Shown piece by piece: positions 39,601-48,149 of a stretch of DNA of 64,000 nucleotides. Position 1 is the stretch's first letter, and every line of letters begins with the position of its first letter. Origin of the DNA: Bacteroidota bacterium (GTDB lineage Bacteria; Bacteroidota; Bacteroidia; 2-12-FULL-35-15); the NCBI GenBank assembly GCA_947504725.1, contig CANNHN010000003.1, positions 88,945 through 152,944 of the forward strand. Reading direction: 5' to 3'. Made by a program: the position numbers and the translations under genes. Under the pieces are notes generated by a model. That model was not told the DNA's origin. It saw nothing but the letters and a program-made list of their open reading frames with translations, and made no database searches.

Positions 39601-42600
39601 GTAAGTAATATTAGTTGTGCTGGAGTTATTCCATGTGATGGTTCTGCAACAGCAACTCCTTCAGGTGGAACTGCGCCATATTCTTTATTTAATTGGTCGC
39701 CTGGTGCTCCCGCTGGTGATGGAACGCCAACTATTACAGGTTTGTGTGCTGGAATTTATAGCGTAACAATTTTGGATGCAAATGGTTGTCCTTCAACTAT
39801 GTCAGTCACAATCACTCAGCCCTTGGCTTTGAGTGCTCCCATTACGAGTTCTACATCTAGTTGTAATATTTGTAATGGATCAGCAACTGTAACGCCTGCA
39901 GGTGGAACTCCTGGTTACACTTATTTGTGGATGCCTACTGGGCAAACAACTCAAACCGCAATTGGACTTTGTCCAAATATTACTTACACGGTAACTGTTA
40001 CCGATGCGAATGGTTGTGTTGCTAGTAGCTCAGTTTTAATTACACAAACAATTATTATTAGCATTACAACTTCTCCAACAACATTAAGTTGTTTTGGGGC
40101 ATGTGATGGTGTTGTTACTGCAAATGCTGCAGGAGGAACGTTGCCATATAGTTTTATTTGGACTGGCCCATCTCCATCAACAGCTACTATTTCTTTAACG
40201 CAAACAGCAACTGCATTATGTGCAGGAACATATGTTGTGAATGTTTCAGACGCAGCAGGTTGTTTCAATAGCGATTCAATCACATTTTCTAATCCTCCTG
40301 TATTAACAATAAGCGCAGTAAGTACCAACGAAACTTGTAATGGTTCTTGTGATGGAACCGCTACAGCAACTGGTGTTGGAGGAACGGCACCGCTAAGCTA
40401 TTCATGGAATACGGTTCCTATTCAAAACACTGCAATAGCTACGGGGTTGTGTACAGGAACGTATACAGTTACTGTTACTGACGCAAGTGGTTGTACTGCT
40501 ACTACTACTGTAAGTATTGCTGGTCCACCTGCTGTAATAGATAACGTTACTATTACGGATGCGAATTGTACGTTTGCTGATGGTCAAATTACTGTAGCAC
40601 CTACGGGCGGTGCAGGAGCTGGAACATATACTTTTAATTGGGGTCCTGGTGCTCCAACTGGAGATGGAACTTCAACCATTACTGGATTACTGCCAGGAGT
40701 TTACACTTTAGCAATTACAACAGGAGGTTGTACTTATAACTTCAGTTATATTTTAAATAATATTGCAGGACCAACAACAACAATGTCACATATAGATGTT
40801 TCCTGTTTTGGTGCATGTGATGGAACAGCAAGTGTTTTGGCAGCAGGCGGAGCAGGTGGTTATGTGTTTGATTGGACGCCCGGAGTGCCTACAGGTGACG
40901 GAACAGCAGCTATTACTGCTTTGTGCGGAACTACTACTTATACTGTTACCGTTGTTGATGCAGCGGGTTGTATCACGATTGATACAGCAAGAATTATTAA
41001 TCCATCATTGATATCACCAAACCCAACTGTTGTTCTAGAAAGTTGTGGTGGTGCATGTGATGGAAGTATTACATTGGTTCCAACAGGAGGAACTGGACCC
41101 TACACTTATTCTTGGTCAGGTGGATTACCTCCCACATCTAGTCAAACTGGATTATGTGCTGGTGTATACACAGTAACTGTTCTCGATACAAATCTATGTG
41201 ATTCTATTTTAACAATTACAATTACTGCCCCACCAACTTTAATTGTTACACTTTCTTCAACTGATGTTTTATGTGCTGGAGCTTGCGATGGAACAGCAAC
41301 TGCAACAGCAGTTGGTGGAACAGGAGCTGGAACATACATTTATTCTTGGTTACCAAATCCTCCCTTAGGTCCACTTTTCCCTTTGCCAACAGTTGTTGGA
41401 TTGTGTCCTGGAAGTTATGATGTAACAGTAACTGATGGAAACGGCTGTACGGCAGCAGACACTATAATTATTACTGAACCCATTGCCTTAACAACTGTAA
41501 CATCTCAAACAAATGCTTCCTGTTTTGGAGTATGTGATGGAGAAGCTGTTGTAACTCCAAGCGGAGGAACATTACCTTACACATTTATTTGGAATCCAGG
41601 AGCGATTGCAAACGATACTGCTAGTGGATTGTGTGCTGGAAATTATATCGTTACAGTTACCGATGCGAACGGTTGTGTTTCAATTCCTCCAACAGTAATT
41701 ATTACAGAGCCAGCTCCAATTCTTCCGAATGCAACTTTTGTAAATCCTTTATGTAATGGTTCATGTAATGGAACAGCTACTGCAAATCCAACAGGTGGTT
41801 CTGGTGTTTATACTTATTCATGGAATACTATTCCTGTTCAAATTACGCAAACCGCAGTTGGATTGTGTTCGGGAACATATATCGTTACTGTTGACGATGG
41901 AAGTTGTTCAAATACACAAAGTATTACTTTAATAGATCCACCAATCTTAAATGCAAATGCAACTGCTACTTCTCCAACTTGTGTTGGCGATTGTGATGGA
42001 AGTGTTACTGCAAACCCAGTTGGTGGAACAGGAACATATTCTTATTCGTGGACACCTGGTGCGATTGCAACTCAAACTGTAATTAATTTATGTCCGAATA
42101 TTTATACAGTAATTGTAAATGATGGAAACGGCTGTGCCGATACTCAAGTTGTAATACTAGCAAATCCTATTGGTATTGATGTGGTTGTAGGTAGTACTCC
42201 TGCAAATTGTGGGGCATGTGATGGAACAATATCTCTTGTGCCAATAAGCGGAACAGGTCCTTATACTTATGTTTGGACGCTTGGAGGTCTTCCTCCACCG
42301 TTACCTTTCGCTGGAAATGGAACACCAAATGTCACAAATGTTTGCGCAGGATTGTATGATGTTTTAGTTACAGATGCAAATGGTTGTGATTCTACATTCA
42401 CTATACCAATGAATAACTCTAGTGGCCCAACAGGTGAAACCGTAATTACAACTCCTACATCATGTAATGGAGTTTGTGATGGAACGGGTTCTGTTACTCC
42501 AATTGGTGGATTAGCTCCTTACACATTCTTATGGAATGATGGACCACCTGCAACTGCACTTGATACAGCTTTTGGATTGTGTACTGGAAATTATTTTGTT

Positions 42601-45258
42601 CAAGTTACTGATGCAAGTGGATGTATTCATTTCAGTCCAGTTACTATTGTAGAACCAGCTCCAATCGTTCCAAACGAAGTTATCACTTTGGCACTTTGCA
42701 GTAATATTTGTACTGGTGCCATTACTGTTACCCCTTCTGGTGGAACTGCTGGATATTCCTATTTTTGGACTCCTGGAGTAATTGTTGGACAAGGTACAAA
42801 TAGTGTTTCTGGATTATGCGCAGGAACATATACGTTAAGTATAACGGATGCAAATTCATGTGTGCAAATTGATTCATTTGTTGTAGGGCAATCAACTCCG
42901 CTTACAGCAACTATTAACTCAACAACTATTTCATGTTCTTCTGCATCAACAGGAATTGCTTATATCAATATTACTTCTGGTACGGGTCCATATACAATTC
43001 AATGGAACGATTCTTTCGGACAAACAAATGATACAGCTTTTGCATTGGCAGCTGGTAATTATTCTGTTGACATTACTGATGCACTTGGTTGTATTCTTAC
43101 TTTAACAACAACCATTACTGCAACTCCGCCCGTTTCTGCAAATGCAGTAATTACAGCTTCTACCTGCGGATTGTGTGATGGTAGTGCAATATTAACCCCA
43201 ACAGGAGGAACTGCTGGCTTTACTTATTTGTGGAGCAACGGACAAACTACTTCAACTGCAACAGCTTTATGCGCAGGTTTATATACTGTTGATATTACAG
43301 ATGCGAATGGTTGTATCACAAGTGTGGCTGTTCCTGTAAATAATATAGGCGGACCAACAAGTGCTGTAATTGCTTCAACAAATGTTACTTGTAATGGATT
43401 GTCAAATGGTACTGTAACTGCAGTCACTCCAAGCGGTGGAACTGCTCCTTATACTTTCTTGTGGATTGCGAGTGGTTCAACCACTGCTGCTCAATCAGCT
43501 TTAGGTGCAGGAACTTATTTTGTTCAAATCACAGATGCAAACGGTTGTTCATTAATTGATTCTGTAATAATTACAGAGCCTGCTGCTATTTCGGCTAATC
43601 AAGTAATACTTGCAGCAACTTGTGGATTGTGTGATGGTTCTGTTACTCTTACTCCAACTGGTGGTGCAGGTGGTTATACTTATTTGTGGAATACTGGTGC
43701 TACCACATCTTCATTAGCAGCTTTATGTGCTGGTGTTTATTCAGTTGATATTACTGATGTTGCAGGATGTGTTGTAAATGTTGTTATTACCATTAATAGT
43801 CAAACCGGTCCAACACTTGTTACTTCGTCAACGTCTAATTTATGTAATAGTACTTGCACTGCAACAGCAAGTGTAGTGGCTACAGGTTCCTCTCCATTCG
43901 CTTATTTGTGGACACCAACTTTACAAACCACGCCAAGTACAACAGCAACTCTTTGTGCTGGAACATATTTTGTTCAAGTAACAGATGCTGTAGGTTGTGT
44001 AACCATTGCTTCTACAACAGTTACGGAGCCTGATACTATTGGATTTAGTATTGCAAACGCACAAGACCCATTGTGTAACGGAAATGCAAATGGATCTATA
44101 ACAGTTATTCCGTCAGGAGGAACTTTGTCATATACTTATTCATGGACACCAGCTCCGGCACTTGGACAAACTACAGGAACAGCAATTAATCTTAATGCAA
44201 ATACCTATATCGTTACAGTTACAGATACGAATGGATGTATTGCAACACAAACGATAACACTCGTAAATCCAACTTCTTTAACAATTAGTAATACTTCTGT
44301 TAATTCAAGTTGTAATACTATTCCTGATGGTTCAATTGATGTAACTGTTGGAGGTGGTACTCTTCCATATGCATATCAATGGAGTGGTGGTTCAGTTGCA
44401 ATTACTGAAGATTTAGTTGGAATTTTAAGTGGAACATATACAATTACTGTTACCGATTCAAATTCTTGTACAATTGCCGATACAATTATTTTGTTGCCTA
44501 ACCAAACTGTTATTGCAGTTGCAGGAAATGATACTTCTTTCTGTCAGTCGGGCTCAATTACATTGGATGCTTCGGCAAGTGTTAACGGTACATCTTATCA
44601 GTGGTTTGATTTGAGTGGTACTCTTTTAGGTTCTTCTATTACTTTAACATTTAATCCACCTGCAGGTACAAATAGTTTTTATGTGGTTGTAGATAATGGT
44701 ACAGGTTGTAGTGATAGCGATACGGTTGATGTTACTGCAAATCCTTTGCCTACTGCAAATGCTGGGGCAGATGTTACAATAATTCTTGGAGGATCAATTG
44801 GTATTGGTGGAAGTCCTACAACTACATCTGTTGGAGCAACATTTTCTTGGTCTCCAACTCTTGGTTTAGATAATGCAACAATTGCAAATCCATCTGCAAA
44901 TCCAATAACAACTACAACGTATACTGTAACTGTTACTTCTGCTCAGGGGTGTACCGCAGTTGATTCAGTAATAGTAACAGTTCGACCTACAATTATTTTC
45001 CCTGATGGTATTTCTCCAAATGCGGATGGTGCAAACGATGAGTGGATAATTGATGGGATTGAATTATTCCCTAATTGTGAAGTTGAGGTGTACAATCGTT
45101 GGGGTGAATTATTATTTCAATCAGTGGGATACAAAGAAAATTGGGATGGAACATTCAAAGGACAATTCTTGCCTGTTGGAACTTATTATTATGTGATAGA
45201 TTTAAAAGATGAATTATTTCCTGATGCTTATACCGGTCCAATAACAATACTTAGATAA
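36661..45258 (+). CDS. SprB-repeat giant cell-surface adhesin with a T9SS type-B C-terminal sorting domain (CHU_C / gliding-motility-associated CTD)
   Basis: A 2,865-aa protein with a signal peptide. I count about 29 tandem ~95-aa modules of the form ...Cx(G)xC(D/N)GTATA...GGTxPYTYxWxPG...GLC(A/P)GTYTVTVTDANGC..., which are SprB repeats. The C-terminus is FPDGISPNADGANDEWII...VEVYNRWGELLF...WDGTFKGQFLPVGTYYYVI, which is the TIGR04131 / type-B CTD. Confidence 0.8.
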   Translation: MKNLKKNILLSFILLLVSSISATNLYWVGGTGSWNQAIHWSLTTGGPSGAIVPTANDDVYFDQNSFSADHQTVMVTVNAVCRNIDWTNIDSKAIFSCSPSKSLSVFGSYKLSPLLMNGFKGKTIFSATTANNDIYSAGKPIIGDWLFNGSGSWSLQDDVNAANGITFYLLKGSLSTNDKKVVCDYFNGNSTQTRNLSLGNSEITIKKCWDFSNSINATLDPGASTIIFHDTINATNFRDGNLRYASVSTLRALGQNTVTCVFPGVFTITLTADSVTCNGLLDGSVCAVVTGGSGTFLYDWNFAAVPVGDGTPCITLRPTSVNTLQVTDVVSGVTRFCSITVGEPALLFDYEVLNISPTCFGVCDGLAEIDETGGTPPYTYSWTGGLGTNDSAINVCVGTYTVTVTDSRGCTNNAAVINMVQPPLLVAPGSATMISCFGFCDGTASVVASGGSVPYTYDWTPGAPIGDGTPAVTALCPASYTCTVTDINGCIATFDTTITQPLVLTLTMSQVNATCGGMCDGTATATVSGGTTPYIYVWSNGSVTSTVSTTNTISGLCAGPYTVTVTDANGCTLNNNVTITEPPVLVATASGTNITCFGLCNGTATVVVVGGNGGNTFDWTPGNPTGDGTANITGLCAGTYTVTVFDNTGICTDTGVVVITEPAILAANPTSTNVLCFGACNGTATSIPSGGTLPYSFDWTPGAPTGDGTAFIINLCPNTYTVTVTDGNGCTNSQSVVITQPAVLSDGATFTNVSCNGACDGTATANPVGGTPGYTYLWSTGAITPGITGLCPGSYTVTVTDANLCTNSGTVVITQPNILNVSVVASALACNGDCNGTAVATISGGTAPFAIDWTPGSPIGDGTTTISSLCSGTYTINVVDANGCPGTASGAVFEPTVLVLTTSVTDVTCFAACDGTASALAGGGTPGYSYSWLPGALSTSSISGLCPGSYTVTVTDLNGCTISDTVTIIEPTQVFANPAVVSNISCAGVIPCDGSATATPSGGTAPYSLFNWSPGAPAGDGTPTITGLCAGIYSVTILDANGCPSTMSVTITQPLALSAPITSSTSSCNICNGSATVTPAGGTPGYTYLWMPTGQTTQTAIGLCPNITYTVTVTDANGCVASSSVLITQTIIISITTSPTTLSCFGACDGVVTANAAGGTLPYSFIWTGPSPSTATISLTQTATALCAGTYVVNVSDAAGCFNSDSITFSNPPVLTISAVSTNETCNGSCDGTATATGVGGTAPLSYSWNTVPIQNTAIATGLCTGTYTVTVTDASGCTATTTVSIAGPPAVIDNVTITDANCTFADGQITVAPTGGAGAGTYTFNWGPGAPTGDGTSTITGLLPGVYTLAITTGGCTYNFSYILNNIAGPTTTMSHIDVSCFGACDGTASVLAAGGAGGYVFDWTPGVPTGDGTAAITALCGTTTYTVTVVDAAGCITIDTARIINPSLISPNPTVVLESCGGACDGSITLVPTGGTGPYTYSWSGGLPPTSSQTGLCAGVYTVTVLDTNLCDSILTITITAPPTLIVTLSSTDVLCAGACDGTATATAVGGTGAGTYIYSWLPNPPLGPLFPLPTVVGLCPGSYDVTVTDGNGCTAADTIIITEPIALTTVTSQTNASCFGVCDGEAVVTPSGGTLPYTFIWNPGAIANDTASGLCAGNYIVTVTDANGCVSIPPTVIITEPAPILPNATFVNPLCNGSCNGTATANPTGGSGVYTYSWNTIPVQITQTAVGLCSGTYIVTVDDGSCSNTQSITLIDPPILNANATATSPTCVGDCDGSVTANPVGGTGTYSYSWTPGAIATQTVINLCPNIYTVIVNDGNGCADTQVVILANPIGIDVVVGSTPANCGACDGTISLVPISGTGPYTYVWTLGGLPPPLPFAGNGTPNVTNVCAGLYDVLVTDANGCDSTFTIPMNNSSGPTGETVITTPTSCNGVCDGTGSVTPIGGLAPYTFLWNDGPPATALDTAFGLCTGNYFVQVTDASGCIHFSPVTIVEPAPIVPNEVITLALCSNICTGAITVTPSGGTAGYSYFWTPGVIVGQGTNSVSGLCAGTYTLSITDANSCVQIDSFVVGQSTPLTATINSTTISCSSASTGIAYINITSGTGPYTIQWNDSFGQTNDTAFALAAGNYSVDITDALGCILTLTTTITATPPVSANAVITASTCGLCDGSAILTPTGGTAGFTYLWSNGQTTSTATALCAGLYTVDITDANGCITSVAVPVNNIGGPTSAVIASTNVTCNGLSNGTVTAVTPSGGTAPYTFLWIASGSTTAAQSALGAGTYFVQITDANGCSLIDSVIITEPAAISANQVILAATCGLCDGSVTLTPTGGAGGYTYLWNTGATTSSLAALCAGVYSVDITDVAGCVVNVVITINSQTGPTLVTSSTSNLCNSTCTATASVVATGSSPFAYLWTPTLQTTPSTTATLCAGTYFVQVTDAVGCVTIASTTVTEPDTIGFSIANAQDPLCNGNANGSITVIPSGGTLSYTYSWTPAPALGQTTGTAINLNANTYIVTVTDTNGCIATQTITLVNPTSLTISNTSVNSSCNTIPDGSIDVTVGGGTLPYAYQWSGGSVAITEDLVGILSGTYTITVTDSNSCTIADTIILLPNQTVIAVAGNDTSFCQSGSITLDASASVNGTSYQWFDLSGTLLGSSITLTFNPPAGTNSFYVVVDNGTGCSDSDTVDVTANPLPTANAGADVTIILGGSIGIGGSPTTTSVGATFSWSPTLGLDNATIANPSANPITTTTYTVTVTSAQGCTAVDSVIVTVRPTIIFPDGISPNADGANDEWIIDGIELFPNCEVEVYNRWGELLFQSVGYKENWDGTFKGQFLPVGTYYYVIDLKDELFPDAYTGPITILR

Positions 45259-45259
45259 A

Positions 45260-46186
45260 ATGAAAAACAAAATCCTCATATTTATTTTTGTACTTGGTTT
45301 TGTAAAACTGAATGCACAACAGTTGCCACACTACAGCAATTACATGATCAATGATTATGCTATGAATCCAGCTATTGGTGGTAGCGATAACTATTTTGAA
45401 GGTGTTTCAAATAACCGATATCAGTGGGTTGGAATTACAGATGCACCTAGAACATATATTTTAAGTGTGAACGGGCCAACAAAAAATTTAAAAATGGGAT
45501 TGGGTGGTTTGCTTTTTACAGATATTGTTGGACCAACACGTAGAACGGGTTTATATCTCTCGTATGCATATCATCTAAAAGTTGCTGATAAAGTAAAAGT
45601 ATCATTAGGCATTTCTGGAGGATTACTTCAGTTCGCTGTTGATGGCTCTAAAATTACATTGCGTGACCCTTCTGACTTAGTTATTAGTAATGGCTTGCAG
45701 TCGGTTGTTATGCCCGATTTTGGCGCTGGAATTTATGTTTATTCAACAGATAAAAAATGGTATGTAGGAGCAAGTGTTCCTCAAATTGTGCAGCAAAAAA
45801 TCAAATTCTTTGATAATACAACATCATCTCTTAGCACGTTAGCAACACATTTTTATGCAACAGCTGGATATAAGTTTACTATTACAGAAGATATTAAAAT
45901 AGAACCTTCAACTTGCTTGAAATATGTAAAACCAGCTCCGCTACAATTTGATATCGGACTTAGAGCGATTTATCAAGAAAAGATTTGGGTTGGTGGTGCT
46001 TTTCGCTATTTAGATGCGGTTTCGGCAATGGTTGGTTATACTATGAAGGAGAATATTACGTTTGCTTATTCTTATGATTTTACAATGACCAACATTAAAA
46101 AATACAGCACTGGAACGCACGAGTTGATGATTGGAATTAAATTCCATAAGATGAAAGAAAGCAAAGATGCTGTGAAGTTGCAGTAG
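45260..46186 (+). CDS. T9SS membrane protein, PorP/SprF family
   Basis: The N-terminus is NAQQLPHYSNYMINDYAMNPAIGG, which carries the (Q/D)xPxxSQY...NPA motif of PorP/SprF. It has the length and profile of a beta-barrel outer-membrane protein. It starts 2 nt after the SprB-like gene, in the classic sprB-sprF arrangement. Confidence 0.8.
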   Translation: MKNKILIFIFVLGFVKLNAQQLPHYSNYMINDYAMNPAIGGSDNYFEGVSNNRYQWVGITDAPRTYILSVNGPTKNLKMGLGGLLFTDIVGPTRRTGLYLSYAYHLKVADKVKVSLGISGGLLQFAVDGSKITLRDPSDLVISNGLQSVVMPDFGAGIYVYSTDKKWYVGASVPQIVQQKIKFFDNTTSSLSTLATHFYATAGYKFTITEDIKIEPSTCLKYVKPAPLQFDIGLRAIYQEKIWVGGAFRYLDAVSAMVGYTMKENITFAYSYDFTMTNIKKYSTGTHELMIGIKFHKMKESKDAVKLQ

Positions 46187-46211
46187 TCGCAACCATCTTC
46201 CCCACACTTTT

Positions 46212-46235
46212 GTCACTTCGAGCGGAGTCGAGAAG
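46212..46235. repeat. Family-A repeat half-site (gtcacttcgagcggagtcgagaag)
   Basis: A near-identical 24-mer to the copy at 49300-49325. It lies just downstream of the PorP/SprF stop. Confidence 0.65.
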
Positions 46236-46284
46236 TCCCTGTCCAAAAACACTTACACTCATTTATGAAAATGCATATTACGGA

Positions 46285-46393
46285 GCGTCATTGCGAGTCC
46301 CGTCCCGATAATTCGGGACGGGACTCGCAATCTCATCCATAAAGGGTTGACTATGCTGGTGTGGGATTGCTTCGTGCCTCGCAATGACGTTCT
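46285..46393. repeat. Family-B MITE-like element (~105 bp, 12-bp terminal inverted repeats CGTCATTGCGAG...CTCGCAATGACG) with an internal perfect 18-bp-stem hairpin
   Basis: The left end is gcgtcattgcgag. The internal palindrome is ttgcgagtcccgtcccga-taat-tcgggacgggactcgcaa. The right end is ggattgcttcgtgcctcgcaatgacgttc. Copies are at 47385-47487 and 59874-59980, with partial copies at 52421-52465 and 63338-63358. Confidence 0.7.
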
Positions 46394-46436
46394 TATTTAT
46401 GCTTTGATTTATTTAAAGAAAGTTTATATTTGTTAC

Positions 46437-47378
46437 ATGAAAAAACAAATGCTTCCTGTACTTATTCTTTTTATCTTTTTGTCGTCAAAGCTCGTTTCCC
46501 AACCATTTGCCGATATTCTCAACTTTAATTATCAAACTTTTTCATCAAACTATACTGATAGTACTCAATGGAAAAATAAAACAGACAATTATTTTCTTAA
46601 TTTATTTTTACCGAAGAATTTTAAAAATGGAAACACATTTTTGTTGCGTTTGAATTCTGAGCATTTAAGTTCTACTATCAGTCCTGATTCATCTTATTCT
46701 TATTCTTTAACCAGTATTTCTATGCCAATTGGAATGAAGTTGGTTTCAAAAAATAAAAAATGGGAAACAGTTGTATTGGTTATACCTAAAATTGCTTCCG
46801 ACTTTAGAGATGCTATTGATGCAAACGATTATCAATACGGAGGAATATTCTTAGAACACTTTGTGCCGAATGATAAAGTGAAAATTAAAGCTGGATTATA
46901 TTATAATCGTGAAGCTTTTGGAGACTTGTTTGTGCCATTAGTTGGTGTAGATTGGAAAGTAAATGACCGAATAAATTTATATGGAATTTTGCCAACAAAC
47001 TATAAAGTTGAATTCAATCTTTTGAAAAACAAATTATACACAGGAGTGAATCTGAAATTTTTCACCCGTTCATTTCGATTATCACAAACTCAAAACAACG
47101 ATTATGTGCGTTACGATGAATCGCAAGTGAAAATTTTTGTGGATTATTTTGTTGTTCCTAAAGTGCTCTTGTTTGCTGAAGTAGGCTATTCCATTGGCAG
47201 AAGCCCTTGGCAACATAAAAACGGCACAAACGAGAAGAAAGAGCCTTATTATGCAAATCCAATTTATACACCTATTAAAAACTATCCTATTATAAGTGTT
47301 GGTTTGGCGTATCGTGTGAGATTTGATTTGATAAAGAAGGAAGAAGCTAAAACAGCAATGATAACTCCTGCATTTTAA
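46437..47378 (+). CDS. hypothetical outer-membrane/secreted protein (signal peptide; beta-rich)
   Basis: The ATG at 46437 gives MKKQMLPVLILFIFLSSKLVSQ, a signal peptide. The ORF-track start at 46347 adds 30 codons that are simply a translation of the Family-B repeat, so I reject that extension. Confidence 0.5.
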   Translation: MKKQMLPVLILFIFLSSKLVSQPFADILNFNYQTFSSNYTDSTQWKNKTDNYFLNLFLPKNFKNGNTFLLRLNSEHLSSTISPDSSYSYSLTSISMPIGMKLVSKNKKWETVVLVIPKIASDFRDAIDANDYQYGGIFLEHFVPNDKVKIKAGLYYNREAFGDLFVPLVGVDWKVNDRINLYGILPTNYKVEFNLLKNKLYTGVNLKFFTRSFRLSQTQNNDYVRYDESQVKIFVDYFVVPKVLLFAEVGYSIGRSPWQHKNGTNEKKEPYYANPIYTPIKNYPIISVGLAYRVRFDLIKKEEAKTAMITPAF

Positions 47379-47384
47379 TTACGG

Positions 47385-47487
47385 GGCGTCATTGCGAGAG
47401 AAGCGAAGCAATCTCACACTAGTATCGTCAGCCCTTAATGGATGAGATTGCCACATCGCGCGAAAAGGAGCGAATCGCAATGACGTT
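47385..47487. repeat. Family-B MITE-like element, full copy
   Basis: The sequence runs ggggcgtcattgcgagaagcgaagcaatctcacac...atgagattgccacatcgcgcgaaaaggagcgaatcgcaatgacgttc. It has TIRs (1 mismatch) and an internal hairpin gcgcg-aaaagga-gcg. It is collinear with the copy at 59874-59980. Confidence 0.7.
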
Positions 47488-47532
47488 CTTTTATTCAACA
47501 GTTTAAGAAGAACAAATATTATTATTAAACCT

Positions 47533-48000
47533 ATGTCAAAAAAGAAAAAGTTTTTTATCCTATTGGTTATTGTTTTTATCATCATTCAATTCATTCGTCC
47601 GGAGCGCAATCTTGGCAAACGTGAAACAGAAAATACCATTTTTGTTTCCAACGAAGTAGGGCAAATTTTGCAAACTTCTTGTTTTGATTGTCATTCCAAT
47701 TATACGGTATACCCTTGGTATACCAATATTCAACCAATTGGTTGGTGGTTGAATCACCACGTGAATGAAGGGAAGGAAGAATTGAATTTTTCGGAATTTG
47801 AAACTTATTCTTTAAAACGCAAACTCCATAAGTTGGAAGAGATTAAGGAGATGGTGGATGAAAATGAAATGCCATTGCCTTCTTATTTGTGGATTCATGG
47901 AGAAGCAAAATTAACTTCTGAGCAAAAAGATGTGCTTTCAAAGTGGGTGTTGGAGACAAGAAAATATCTTGCAGATACGCTTTCTAGACCGAAATTGTAA
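47533..48000 (+). CDS. putative heme-binding domain (Haem_bd) protein
   Basis: CFDCHSNYTVYPWYTNIQPIGWW...GKEELNFSEF matches the conserved CxxCH-like heme-binding domain family. An N-terminal TM helix is present. Confidence 0.5.
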   Translation: MSKKKKFFILLVIVFIIIQFIRPERNLGKRETENTIFVSNEVGQILQTSCFDCHSNYTVYPWYTNIQPIGWWLNHHVNEGKEELNFSEFETYSLKRKLHKLEEIKEMVDENEMPLPSYLWIHGEAKLTSEQKDVLSKWVLETRKYLADTLSRPKL

Positions 48001-48149
48001 TCTATCTATCTCTGGCTTAAAACAAGGAATCTCTTTTTTTATAGGCATTGCAGGGACTATTTTTATTAATTTAGTTAGGTTTTATTCTCCCCCAAACCTC
48101 ATATTTCTATCTCCTTTTTTCGTATATTTACATCACCAAAAAAACGATT

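Noticed and set aside
37422-44614. Numerous 60-180-aa ORFs inside the 36661-45258 gene, on the opposite strand or in other + frames (e.g. 37422-37661, 38265-38795, 38653-38880, 39984-40328, 41142-41339, 42529-42792, 43224-43427, 44429-44614).
   Set aside because: All lie entirely within the continuous 2,865-aa SprB-repeat reading frame. Their translations are low-complexity (P/V/T/A-rich) mirror images of the repeat. They have no signal or motif content and no independent start context. They are frame artefacts of a GC-biased repetitive gene.
46347-46436. The N-terminal 30 codons of ORF 46347-47378 and the N-terminal 13 codons of ORF 51742-52431 as real coding sequence.
   Set aside because: Both extensions are translations of Family-B repeat DNA. 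Both precede internal ATGs that give textbook signal peptides. I reported the trimmed gene models instead.
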